NCBI GenBank assembly: GCA_964016885.1
Contig: OZ024740.1
Span: 75,888,001 to 75,952,000, forward strand
DNA: 64,000 bases
Origin: Eledone cirrhosa
Lineage: Eukaryota
Reading direction: 5' to 3'
In this document: piece by piece, positions 12,913-33,618 of the stretch
How the letters are laid out: each line of letters starts with the position of its first letter
Position numbering within the stretch: the first letter of the stretch is position 1
Position numbers and translations under genes: made by a program
The notes under the pieces: model-generated
Seen by the model: the letters and a program-made list of their open reading frames with translations, nothing else
Database searches by the model: none
What the model was told of the DNA's origin: nothing

Positions 12913-12963
12913 AGTTTCAGAAGATCCCGTTAAGGGTGAAAGCAGCGATTCTTTGCTTAAACT
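12913..12963 (+). ncRNA. Hammerhead ribozyme-like motif with variant core CAGAAGA
   Basis: Stem I AGTTT/AAACT; CAGAAGA; stem II T-CCC gttaa GGG-T; GAAA; stem III GCA..TGC; UU at the cleavage site; AATAAA ~16 nt downstream. Confidence 0.55.
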
Positions 12964-12998
12964 TTAATCTGTTATTTTAATAAATACATATATATATA

Positions 12999-13170
12999 TC
13001 ATCATCATCATCATCATCAACGTTTAACGTCCGTGTTCCACGCTTGCATGGGTTTGGACGGGGGTAGTCCCACTTGAGGCAAGAGTGATTGTCTTGCTCG
13101 CATAGGACTGTCTGGCAGGTTTTCTACAGTTGGATGCCCTTCCTAACACCAACCACATTTACAGTGTGGG
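12999..13170 (-). mobile_element. RTE family A 3' end fragment
   Basis: Matches the family A 3' UTR; TA runs on both sides. Confidence 0.9.
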
Positions 13171-14751
<1,581 letters not shown>

Positions 14752-14882
14752 AATAGAATAATCGAGTATCGGAAAATCAGCTCACGAGTTTACGATAAAC
14801 AAATCCGACATGAGTGGCAGAGGGCTCAATAATTCAGATAAATCAGAGCTATAACTATCGTTAAAATACCAACACACAAAGA
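14752..14882. mobile_element. Short dispersed repeat, second copy of the left end of the 26261 element
   Basis: Near-identical to 26263-26392 (GAATAATCGAGTATCG...ATACCAACACACAAAGA). Confidence 0.8.
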
Positions 14883-15760
<878 letters not shown>

Positions 15761-15761
<1 letters not shown>

Positions 15762-17847
15762 TCTTTTACCTGTTTCAGCCATCCGGCTGAGGCCATGCTG
15801 GGGCACCGCCCTTGTTGCTACACATTTTATCTCCAGCCTGTATAGGTTGGCCACTGGTGTAGGAGGGAGTTTGTTGCTGCTGCCCTTAGGTTTCCCTCGT
15901 GTCTTGCTGTGGGCTCATCCGGGATCCTGGATAACAAGGTGTCGAGATGTTTCTTAAAGACATCCACCTCCACGTCATGCAAGTCTCGCAGATGCCTCGG
16001 CAGCCTGTTGAAGAGTTGAGGGCCCTTGAATCCCAGGCTATTGCAATACCTGCTCCTTATTCTAGATGTGGAAGACGGGACCTTTGGCACCACACAGTGA
16101 CGTCCTGTTCGACGGTTGGTCCAGCTCCCAATGCCAAAGTTTGGTGCTAGTCCCTCCAGGATTTTCCACATGTAAATCACTGCGTATCTCTCCCGTCTTC
16201 GCTCCAAGGAGTAGAGGTTCAGTTCCTTCAGCCTCTCCCAGTAGCTTGTCTCCCTCATCTTGGCAATCCTCTTGGTGTAGCTTCGCTGGATTGCCTCAAG
16301 CTCTGTGGTTAGTTTGACACTATGGGGTGACCACAGCTGGGAGCAGTAGTCCAGGCGGCTTAGGACAAAAGTCCTCCACAGTGTCAACATGGTGTCTCGA
16401 TCTCTTGTAAGGAAAGTCCTCAAGATCCAGCCAGCGAATCGTCTACATGCTGTCGCCACCTTCATGATGTGTGAAGAAAAAGATGCATCATCGCTCATGT
16501 CTATGCCCAGGTCTCGTATCGATTTTGACACGGGGATATCGGTCCCTCCTGGTCCTGTGTAGCTGTGTTCCGCTATATTTGTGTTTGTGTTTGCAGGTTT
16601 GTATTGTAGGGCTTGGAATTTGCCAGCATTAAACTGCATGTTGTTTTCTTCCGCCCATCTGTATATGGCATCCAGATCCTGCTGTAAGAGGGCAGCGTCA
16701 GCCGGGTTTTTGATTGCCTGTGCTACCTTAGTGTCATCAGCATAGCTAATGAGGGATGTTGTTGCATGCACCACAGAGGGCATGTCCGAGAGAGCCACCA
16801 AAAACAGTAGTGGTCCCAGGACTGTCCCCTGAGGCACCCCACTTGTTATCGGTGTTTCCCTCGAGAGGGCCCCATTTGCTGCGACTGCCTGGCTTCTGTC
16901 CCTCAGGAAGCCATGCAGCCACTCACCTACTTTTCCAGTTATGCCGAGTCCGTGTAGTTTGTGACATATCATTCCGTGGTCGACCTTGTCAAAGGCCTTC
17001 GCAAAGTCAAGATATATCACGTCTACATGTGAGCTGTCTAGTAGCTGTCTCAGTACCCAGTCGTAGTGATGTAGCAGCTGTGTAAGGCAGCTTCTTCCTG
17101 GGCGGAAGCCATGTTGCGTGCTAGTCAGGCGGTCATTTTCTTCGAGGAAAGTGATTAGTTTCTTTCTGACGACTCGCTCCATGACCTTACTGATATGCGA
17201 CGTCAGGGAGACTGGCCTATAGTTCTTGGCCTCCGCTCTACTACCTCCTTTATGGATAGGGCATATTGTGCCTTCTTTCAGCTCCCTGGGTAGTACACCG
17301 CTAGCCAAGGAGCTTCTGAAGAGCATCTTCAGTGGAGTTGCTAAGGCCCGCTTACATATTTTTAGGAGAACTGCTGGGAATCCATCAGGTCCAGCAGCCG
17401 AGTCTGTTCTAATTTCATCAATGGCGTACACCACATCCTCCTCCGTTATGTCTATGTGGTTGATGGTTGCCATTTCTTGATGTAGTGTTGTGGCATCAAA
17501 GAACTCCTCTGGCTTCGTTATTTGCATGTGCCTCAGTGGACATGTGAAGACACTTTTGTACTGTTCGTTCAGTATTTCACATATCTCTTGGGGATTTTCG
17601 GTTAATGAACCGTCCGTGTGGAAGAGTGGTCCAATCTTGCAGTGTACTGAGGCAGTTTCTTTTGCAAATTTAAAGAAGGCCTTAGGGTTTGTTTTAATGT
17701 TTTCTATGGCCCTGTTCTCTTTCCTTGCCCTCTCATTCTCATGTGAAAGCTTGAGTGCAATCTCGGTGTCAAGTAGTGCACGTTTCAAATAGGATTCCTT
17801 CTTGTTTTGGTTTTGTTGACTATTCAACTGGTTTGAGAGTTTGAGAG
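15761..17847 (-). mobile_element. CR1/L2-group LINE, 5'-truncated, RT ORF open to stop at 15827, short 3' UTR
   Basis: [85 protein letters not shown]; tail GGCGGTGCCCCAGCATGGCC...GAAACAGGTAAAAGAG; both ends abut (TA)n. Confidence 0.92.
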
Positions 17848-17879
<32 letters not shown>

Positions 17880-17958
17880 TATATATACACATATATATAT
17901 ATACACATATATATATATATATACACATATATATATACACATATATATATATATATAT

Positions 17959-17997
<39 letters not shown>

Positions 17998-18026
17998 TAT
18001 ATATATATATATACACAGATATATAT

Positions 18027-19257
18027 CATCATCATCATCATCATCAACGTTTAACGTCCGTGTTCCACGCTTGCATGGGTTTGGACGGGGGTAGTCCCAC
18101 TTGAGGCAAGAGTGATTGTCTTGTCGCATAGGACTGTCTGGCAGGTTTTCTACAGTTGGATGCCCTTCCTAACACCAACCACATTTACAGTGTGGGTCTG
18201 GGAGGTTTTTACCGTGTTGCCTACACGGCCACATTACAGCGTGGACTGTGTGTTTTTTTGTCGTGACACCTACACGATCTCATTTGTTTCGGCCTGGATG
18301 GCGCGGCACCAACATAACTTTACATAGAACGGGGTGGTGTGGATGGGGTGGGGGTGGTGGTGGCGGGACGGGGTGTATTTTGTTAGAGATGCCTACTGGC
18401 TGGAGTAGGTTTTACTATATATTTAGGTAAGGCGGGTCTTCTCTGTTACTGAGTACCGCCAAAGGTCTCGGTCCAGTGACATTGTCTTGGAGAGGTGTAA
18501 GTGTGTGATGTCGGAGTTTATCAGCTCGTCCCAGGTTTTTCTAGGTCTGCCTATTCCGTGACTACCGTCTATCTTTATTGCCCTGCACTTTCTTATACAG
18601 CTATCGACTTTCATGCGCATCACGTGTCCATACCAACGCAGCCTTCTCTCGAGTAAACAACATCTGATCCCTCTTATCTCTAATTTTTTCCTTAGTTCGT
18701 TTATGCTTTGCCGTTCACGTATATTACTGTTACACATCCAGCGGAGCATGCAAGCTTCGTTCCTCTCTAGTCTGCGTATATCCTCTGCACACAATGCCCA
18801 GGTCTCACTGCCATGCAGCATTGCTGTTCGTATGCAGGCATTATACAACCTGCCTTTCATTTTTAGGGAGAACCCTTTAGCAGCTAATAGTGGTATAAGC
18901 TCTCTGAACTTTTTCCAACCAGTTCTGACTCTAGCTACAGTACTTTCAGAGCACCCTCCCGCACTGCTGATTTTATCGCCCAGGTAACGGAAGCTGTCCA
19001 CTATTTCTATAGAACCCTCTGCGCAATTGAAAGAGCTAGTATTTAGTGGGCACTTGCTGCTACTTATTGCACCAGAACACCGGCCACATGTAAAATCTAT
19101 GTTCTTAGTTAGCTTACCTGTGATCCCACTACATCTTTTATGCACCCATACTTTGCATTTAGGACATAAAATGGAGTTTCTACCTACGCCTTTCCTACAC
19201 ACCGAGCACGACCATTTCCCAGAAGGGACCGCCGCCTTGTTTTCTTTCCTACAAACT
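18027..19257 (-). mobile_element. RTE family A, 5'-truncated (PHD to 3' tail)
   Basis: ORF 18423-19257 matches the family A C-terminus; (CAT)n tail; both ends in (TA)n. Confidence 0.95.
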
Positions 19258-19301
19258 ATATATATATACATATATATATACATATATATACATATATATA
19301 C

Positions 19302-19384
<83 letters not shown>

Positions 19385-19393
19385 CATATATCA

Positions 19394-22300
19394 TAAGCCA
19401 GAGGCCTATACTATCGCTTGCCCGGTTGCCTTCGATATATGATGGATGGATGGATGGATGGATGGACTGCGGAGAGTGGAAGGGAGAGAAAAATCTGGAC
19501 GCTCAGAGCGAAAATGCCAAAGTTAAAGTCAAATTCACCTCGTGGACGAGAATGCGAGCACTCCTCTTTGTTTCGTCCGCGGATGGCTAACATAACCCTA
19601 TCTCCCCCCCCCCTCCAAACGCAACCCAAAACTTCAGAGTTGGTACCATAAATGTAGGCACCCTAAAGGGTCGCACTAACGAGGTTGTAGAAATGCTTGA
19701 ACGTAAGGAGGTCGATGTTTGTTGTATTCAAGAGACCAGGTGGAGGGGTGGGTCTGCTAGATTCATTGAGGGTAAAAAACGATGTTATAAGCTTTTCTGG
19801 GTGGGAAACGACGATGGGCTGGGTGGAGTAGGAATCATGGTAGCAGAAAAGTGGGCAGATAAGATAATAGACGTAAATAGAGTGAACGACAGAATAATTA
19901 AAATACGACTTGTCCTCAATAGAACTACGGTGACAGTAATATCTGCATACGCACCCCAATCCGGACTGCCCGGCACTATAAAAGACAGATTCTATGAGAC
20001 ACTGTTGCTAACTACCTCCCAAATATCTGACAGTGACTATATAATTATTGCAGGCGACCTAAATGGTCACGTTGGACAACATTGTGACGGCTACAACGAA
20101 ATCCATGGAGGCTATGGGTTTGGGACTAGAAATGAGGAAGGCTCCAGAATCCTGGAATTCTGTGATGCAAATAACCTAACTATCTGTAACACTAACTTCA
20201 AAAAACGTGACAATCACCTGATCACCTATAGATCCGGGGAACACACAAGCCAGGTAGATTATATCCTTACCAGAAGACGTGACAGAGTGTCTGTTGTAAA
20301 CACTAAATCCCTCCCCCATGAAGAATGCACCTCCCAACATAGACTGATAATTAGCGACCTCATAGTCAGGACGAGACGTACTCGACAGCAGAAGAGGACT
20401 ATCCTCAGGAGGAAAATATGGAAACTAAAGGACCCCACAGCCAGAAATAAATTTCAAAGCATATTACTTGATGCTTTCGACAGTAAGGAAGAGCATCTAG
20501 AATCGGACAATATAGAGGGACAGTGGGAATTTCTGAAAGCAAACCTACTGTTGGCGACAGACGAAGTCTGTGGCTGGAGCAGGCCTGTAGGCAGGAGGAG
20601 AGTAACATGGTGGTGGAACAGTAGGGTGGAGGGGTCAATTAAGGCCAAAAAGCAGGCTTGGAAAGTATGGCGGGATGGGGGAAGTAGAGTAGACTATCAA
20701 GTGGCCAGGAGGGAAGCTAGGAGAGAAGTGTACTTAGCAAGAAGGGAAGCTGAGGAAAGAAAGTTCAAGCATGTTCTACAACGCGATGACCAAAAACGTG
20801 AGGTGTTCAGGATTGCTAGGCAATGCGTCAAGGAAAACCGTGATATTGTCGGGGAGAAGTGTGCACTTAACGATGATGGCATACTTGCCATCACCGACAC
20901 TGATAAGAAGGTAGCTTGGAAGTGTCACTATGAAAGGCTACTAAATGAGGAGAATAAATGGGAGAAAGACAGTCTCCCCCATATCGACCCAATAGAGGGA
21001 CCAGCAGTGTCAGTCGAGGGGAGTATAATAAGTAAGGCAATCAAGGATATGAAGACGAGTAAGGCGGCTGGGCCTTCGGAAATAGTTGCTGAGATGCTGA
21101 AGGCATCTGGCACGGTGGGACACACCATGGTCACCCGCATAGTTAACCAAGTCGTACAGAATGGGGTTGTTCCGAAGGACTGGCATAGCAGCATCATCGT
21201 TAACTGTTATAAGGGTAAAGGAGACGCCCTAGATAGGAGTAAGTATAGAGGCATTAAATTAATCGACCAGGTCATGAAGGTCACGGAAAAAGTAATAGCG
21301 CAACTAATCAGAGAGAGAATTGACCTAGATGAAATGCAGTTCGGGTTTGTGTCAGGCAAAAGCACCACAGACGCTCTTTTCATAGTACGACAACTACAGG
21401 AGAAGTACCTAGCTAAAGGTAAACCCCTCTACTTAGCTTTTGTCGACCTGGAGAAAGCCTTCGACAGAGTCCCCCGCTCCATTATCTGGTGGGCTCTTAG
21501 AAAACTAGGCGTTGACGAATGGCTTGTGAGGGCTATACAAGCCATGTATAAAGAAACAGTCAGCAAGGTTAGAATTAACAACGAATATAGTGAAGAGTTT
21601 AGCGTAAAAGTTGGCGTCCATCAGGGCTCTGTTCTCAGTCCCCTACTATTTATTATTGCCCTTCAGGCTATAACAGAGGAGTTCAAGACAGGCTGCCCAT
21701 GGGAACTCCTATACGCAGACGACCTGACACTCATAGCGGAATCAATGGCCGAGCTAGAGAAGAAATTCCGAACATGGAAGCACGGCCTAGAGTCAAAAGG
21801 ACTTAAAATTAACCTGGCTAAGACCAAAGTTCTAGTTTGTAGGAAAGAAAACAAGGCGGCGGTCCCTTCTGGGAAATGGTCGTGCTCGGTGTGTAGGAAA
21901 GGCGTAGGTAGAAACTCCATTTTATGTCCTAAATGCAAAGTATGGGTGCATAAAAGATGTAGTGGGATCACAGGTAAGCTAACTAAGAACATAGATTTTA
22001 CATGTGGCCGGTGTTCTGGTGCAATAAGTAGCAGCAAGTGCCCACAAAATACTAGCTCTATCAATTGCGCAGAGGGTTCTATAGAAATAGTGGACAGCTT
22101 CCGTTACCTGGGCGATAAAATCAGCAGTGGGGGAGGGTGCTCTGAAAGTACTGTAGCTAGAGTCAGAACTGGTTGGAAAAAGTTCAGAGAGCTTATACCA
22201 CTATTAGCTGCTAAAGGGTTCTCCCTAAAAATGCATACGAAAAATGCATACGAACAGCAATGCTGCATGGCAGTGAGACCTGGGCATTGTGTGCAGAGGA

Positions 22301-23013
22301 TATACGCAGACTAGAGAGGAACGAAGCTTGCATGCTCCGCTGGATGTGTAACAGTAATATACGTGAACGGCAAAGCATAAACGAACTAAGGAAAAAATTA
22401 GAGATAAGAGGGATCAGATGTTGTTTACTCGAGAGAAGGCTGCGTTGGTATGGACACGTGATGCGCATGAAAGTCGATAGCTGTATAACAAAGTGCAGGG
22501 CAATAAAGATAGACGGTAGCCACGGAATAGGCAGACCTAGAAAAACCTGGGATGAGCTGATAAACTCCGACCTCACACACTTACACCTCTCCAAGACAAT
22601 GTCACTGGACCGAGACCTTTGGCGGTACTCAGTAACAGAGAAGACCCGCCTTGCCAGTAGGCATCTCTAACAAAATACACCCCGTCCCGCCACCACCCCC
22701 ACCCCATCCACACCACCCCGTTCTATGTAAAGTTATGTTGGTGCCGCGCCATCCAGGCCGAAACAAATGAAATCGTGTAGGTGTCACGACAAAAAAACAC
22801 ACAGTCCACGCTGTAATGTGGCCGTGTAGGCAACACGGTAAAAACCTCCCAGACCCACACTGTAAATGTGGTTGGTGTTAGGAAGGGCATCCAACTGTAG
22901 AAAACCTGCCAGACAGTCCTATGCGAGCAAGACAATCACTCTTGCCTCAAGTGGGACTACCCCCGTCCAAACCCATGCAAGCGTGGAACACGGACGTTAA
23001 ACGTTGATGATGA
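19394..23013 (+). mobile_element. RTE family A near-full-length copy with 5' leader, frameshift at ~22233 and stop-codon deletion
   Basis: Frame open from 19591 (FRVGTINVGTLKGR); ORFs 19693-22314 and 22260-22670; 3' UTR and (GAT)n tail. Confidence 0.95.
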
Positions 23014-27562
<4,549 letters not shown>

Positions 27563-27623
27563 TTAGAAAGTGAGGGTTTTTTTACAAAATGAAAAATAAC
27601 CGTGGTGTCCTACACGAGTGAAA

Positions 27624-27727
27624 GTATAAAGAAAAAGAGATGAAATCGAAAATGCAACTGGAGTCTTATTTTTAAAAAAAAATAAGACTCCAGTTGCATT
27701 TTCGATTTCATCTCTTTTTCTTTATAC
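27624..27727. repeat. Perfect 50-bp inverted repeat with 4-nt loop
   Basis: 27624-27673 is the exact reverse complement of 27678-27727. Confidence 0.95.
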
Positions 27728-27842
<115 letters not shown>

Positions 27843-27843
27843 T

Positions 27844-27885
27844 CTGATGATTTCTAATGAATGAAACAGTTCTAGTCCTGTAGAA
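27844..27885 (+). ncRNA. Hammerhead motif, 5'-truncated at the core (same family as 55791)
   Basis: CTGATGA T-TTC taat GAA-T GAAA CAG ttctagtc CTG TA GAA; the 5' strand of stem I is replaced by (TA)n. Confidence 0.6.
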
Positions 27886-27912
27886 TCTCATCTATATTAA
27901 AACTGTTATACT

Positions 27913-28014
<102 letters not shown>

Positions 28015-28103
28015 GCGCAAACTGAGCACACAACACACACACAGAAACAAAATGGCGTAGGATAGAAGAAAGAAAAGGCACAGAAACGAAGAAAGGAATC
28101 CCC

Positions 28104-28148
28104 AGTCACTGAAGAGGTCACAGAGTGTGTGACGAAAGGACTATGACT
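28104..28148 (+). ncRNA. Minimal type I hammerhead ribozyme
   Basis: Stem I AGTCA/TGACT; CTGAAGA; G + stem II GTCACA gagtg TGTGAC; GAAA; GGAC; UA at the cleavage site. Confidence 0.75.
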
Positions 28149-28377
28149 ATATATATAAGCAACTATCTGGTTGTGGAACCAACCAACCAACCAACCAGAA
28201 ATTTATAAGTTTGTAGATTTGTAAATTTATAAATTTATAAATATATAATAAATTGAAGTGAAAGCAACTGGTGCGTGTTTCTTATTGGCAACATGACCCT
28301 CCCAAAGTATAACAATATCGGTTTCAACACACGATTTCAGATAAAGAATCTTGCTAAACAAATTCAGAAACGAAATA

Positions 28378-28476
<99 letters not shown>

Positions 28477-28615
28477 GTAGATAAATCTACCAAGAGTTTA
28501 CGGTAGTGTCCAATCCGTATGAAGAACTCAATGTATTCCGGATATCATGGAAAGAAGAGATGTAATGAAAAATCACTTTCGGTGAAAGATATACGGTATA
28601 CAGAGTCAAGATAAA

Positions 28616-29148
<533 letters not shown>

Positions 29149-29150
29149 TT

Positions 29151-29305
<155 letters not shown>

Positions 29306-29336
29306 CATATATACATATATATATACATATATATAC

Positions 29337-29527
<191 letters not shown>

Positions 29528-29531
29528 CATA

Positions 29532-29727
29532 TACAATATTAAATAAATGGAAAACTATATTTATAAAACCATATTTATTTCATTATATATATTTCGGGGA
29601 TATCATATTAACAATATGCTATGCCTTCATCAGACAAAATACAATATAAACAGTTTTATAGATAAAATATATATAATGAAATAAATATGGTTTTATAAAT
29701 ATAGTTTTCCATTTATTTAATATTGTA
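29532..29727. repeat. 63-bp perfect inverted repeat with 70-nt spacer, overlapping a hammerhead
   Basis: 29532-29594 is the reverse complement of 29665-29727. Confidence 0.93.
29577..29640 (-). ncRNA. Minimal hammerhead ribozyme
   Basis: Minus strand: ATTTTGT CTGATGA AGG..CATATT gtt AATATG..CC GAAA TATATA TA ATGAAAT; 7-bp stem I with two GU pairs. Confidence 0.65.
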
Positions 29728-29831
29728 AATATACTCCAAATATTTGTCGAGTGCTTTTATATCAGTTATAAATATTTACTAGTTGTAACCCAACAATTTT
29801 AAATATAACTTTACATATATATACATATTTA

Positions 29832-29905
<74 letters not shown>

Positions 29906-29911
29906 CATACA

Positions 29912-29945
<34 letters not shown>

Positions 29946-30102
29946 CATACATATATATATATATATATACATACATATATATATATATATACATACATAT
30001 ATATATATATATATACATACATATATATATATATATATACATACATATATATATATATATATACATACATATATATATATACATACATATATATATATAT
30101 AC

Positions 30103-31724
<1,622 letters not shown>

Positions 31725-31872
31725 AAGTACTTAGGTTAATAGGAGTTAGGTATTGTATACCCGTGTCCCATTAAGGTATTGGCAGCATAATAATTAACTC
31801 TATGCTTTGGAGCAGAGCCGTATATAGGAAAAAGAACACAAGAGCGTCTACAACATCAAAAGATTTTTATTG

Positions 31873-31917
31873 GCTAACAATGTTTCTTCCTTACGTAACC
31901 GTAGGATTCTTCAGAGC
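31873..31917 (-). ncRNA. Minimal hammerhead ribozyme in a Penelope-like terminal repeat
   Basis: Minus strand: GCT CTGAAGA A TCCTACG gtta CGTAAGGA A GAAA CATTG TT AGC C AATAAA. Confidence 0.65.
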
Positions 31918-32238
31918 TATGATTGGTGTTATGGACTCTACCAACCAAACATTCAAGAACAAAGAGTAAAGAGAGTAAAGATCAAAAGCAGGGGACGATA
32001 AGTCTAATTTTGGTGCGGGAGGGTGGGGTGTGGGTCCTTGTTTACTAGCTGCGGTCATATTCATTCCCGGGAGCCGAGTGGTTAGTGGAGCCATAGATGG
32101 GGCGGCGTCGATAGTAGGGTGCAGAGGGTGTGCAGAGGCTACACACACACAAAGGGCATACAATATATATATAACGGAGGAGAAAGTACATGAGGTAATT
32201 AGAAATGGGATAAGAGTAATAATAATAATCTATAATTA

Positions 32239-32370
32239 ATTGTTTCTACTTTAGGCACAAGGCCAGCAATTACCCAGTGCATTACTGGTACTTTATTTTA
32301 TCGACCCCGTAAGGATGAAAGGCAAAGTCAACCTCGGCGGGATTTGAACTCAGATCGTAATGGGACGTTA
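32239..32370 (-). mobile_element. tRNA-derived SINE with Deu/Nin-like core, 5'-truncated
   Basis: Reverse of GAGTTCAAATCCCGCCGAGGTTGACTTTGCCTTTCATCCTTACGGGGTCGATAAAATAAAGTACCAG. Confidence 0.85.
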
Positions 32371-32724
32371 TAATTAATAATGTATAATAAGGCATGGGGA
32401 AGATTACACTATAATAAGGTATAAAAGTAAGAATAAGGTAAAATATAAAGGAGGATAAGAGTGAAAATAAGAATAAAGATAAAAAAATATATATATAAAA
32501 AATATATAGAGAATATATAAAAAAATATAAGCAAGTATTAGAAGGGAAAAACACAATGTAAAAAAACCGATTTTGTCAAATAAAAATATTATAAATATGG
32601 GGGGAGAAAACGGGATAGAGAAATATAATCAAATGTGATTAGTTGAGAGAATATAAGATGATAATAGTTATGTCAAGTTTATACATCTTAATAATAAATA
32701 ATCTGTTTATCAGAGTTACACATC

Positions 32725-33130
32725 CTTCAATTCACTTGCAAGTTCAACCCACGTGGCATGGTCCATTGCTCATCTGTGCGGTCGTGTGCTTTTGTGTTTG
32801 ACACACAGCAGATGCACAAGTTCGTAAATTTCAATGCAGATAGAAATCTATTTTTGCTCACCCAGACATTGACGGAGGATCCAATATTCCTAGTTCATTG
32901 CGGACCCAATATGTGTGTGGTGTTATTTTGGTCGCACAAATCAATCACTTGGTTCAATATTATGGAGTATGGTTTTCTGGTCTTCGTAACAGTGTCAGAG
33001 GTTGTATATCTCGAAATCACAGGGATCACAGCACTCCGGTTTGGTGTGATTATCGGTCATCCAACTATGTTGTCGGTGGTTGGATTCAATTCTATTGCCC
33101 AGAACGTATAACTTTGGTGTTGATTGAACA
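32725..33130 (-). pseudogene. Possible decayed Penelope-like GIY-YIG endonuclease fragment
   Basis: Minus-strand frames give CCDPCDF, TVTKTRKPYSI..DLCDQNN and a terminal WTMPRGLNLQ resembling the PLE 'PxGLN' end; many stops; lies upstream of the 31873 hammerhead on the same strand. Confidence 0.3.
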
Positions 33131-33291
33131 TTAACGAGGCAGAGTGAGATCGCATCTGTGGTACAAAACGGTACGCAAGGAAATTCTTCGTCTTCGTTTC
33201 ATCCGGGTCTAGCAGTCACGTGCAAGAACCGCTACGTAGTAATTGTGAGGGTAAGCGGTCAAGATAGTAACTGACCGAAAATTTTCTTGGG

Positions 33292-33345
33292 AATTCAGAC
33301 AGGCCTGACAGGTACATTTAGGTACCTATCAGGCCTGTCTGAATT
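33292..33345. repeat. 24-bp inverted repeat (1 mismatch) with 6-nt loop
   Basis: AATTCAGACAGGCCTGACAGGTAC atttag GTACCTATCAGGCCTGTCTGAATT. Confidence 0.9.
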
Positions 33346-33521
33346 ATTTTCTGCTAAATCATTACAGGATGTCTGGTTTTCTTAATCATTGTTCAACAAT
33401 ATTTACCTTTCCTTAATGCAGGTATAGTGTCAATTAATTAAAATTATTGTATTTACCATGTTAGATATGTTACTAATTACTTGTCAATCTATAATATATT
33501 AAGTCTTTGTTTCTATTATAG

Positions 33522-33618
33522 AATGATGGTATCAAACTAGGTATATTGGTGGAAAACCTTGGTCGAGTGAACTATTGGAATTTTGAAGATAAAAATGTTT
33601 ACTCTACCCAGTTTAAAG
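33522..33618 (+). CDS. GLB1L2: Beta-galactosidase (GH35, GLB1-like 2/3) internal exon 1 of 5 in window
   Basis: AG|AAT...AAAG|GT; NDGIKLGILVENLGRVNYWNFEDKNVYSTQFK(G), with the hallmark ILVENxGRVNY; 97 nt, phase 1 at the end. Confidence 0.9.

Noticed and set aside
19541-19596. HDV-like ribozyme in the RTE leader
   Set aside because: P1-like and P3-like pairings exist, but I could not build a convincing P2 or P4; kept only as a hairpin.
32758-33111. 117-aa plus-strand ORF as an additional host exon
   Set aside because: No GH35 similarity and no fitting splice sites.
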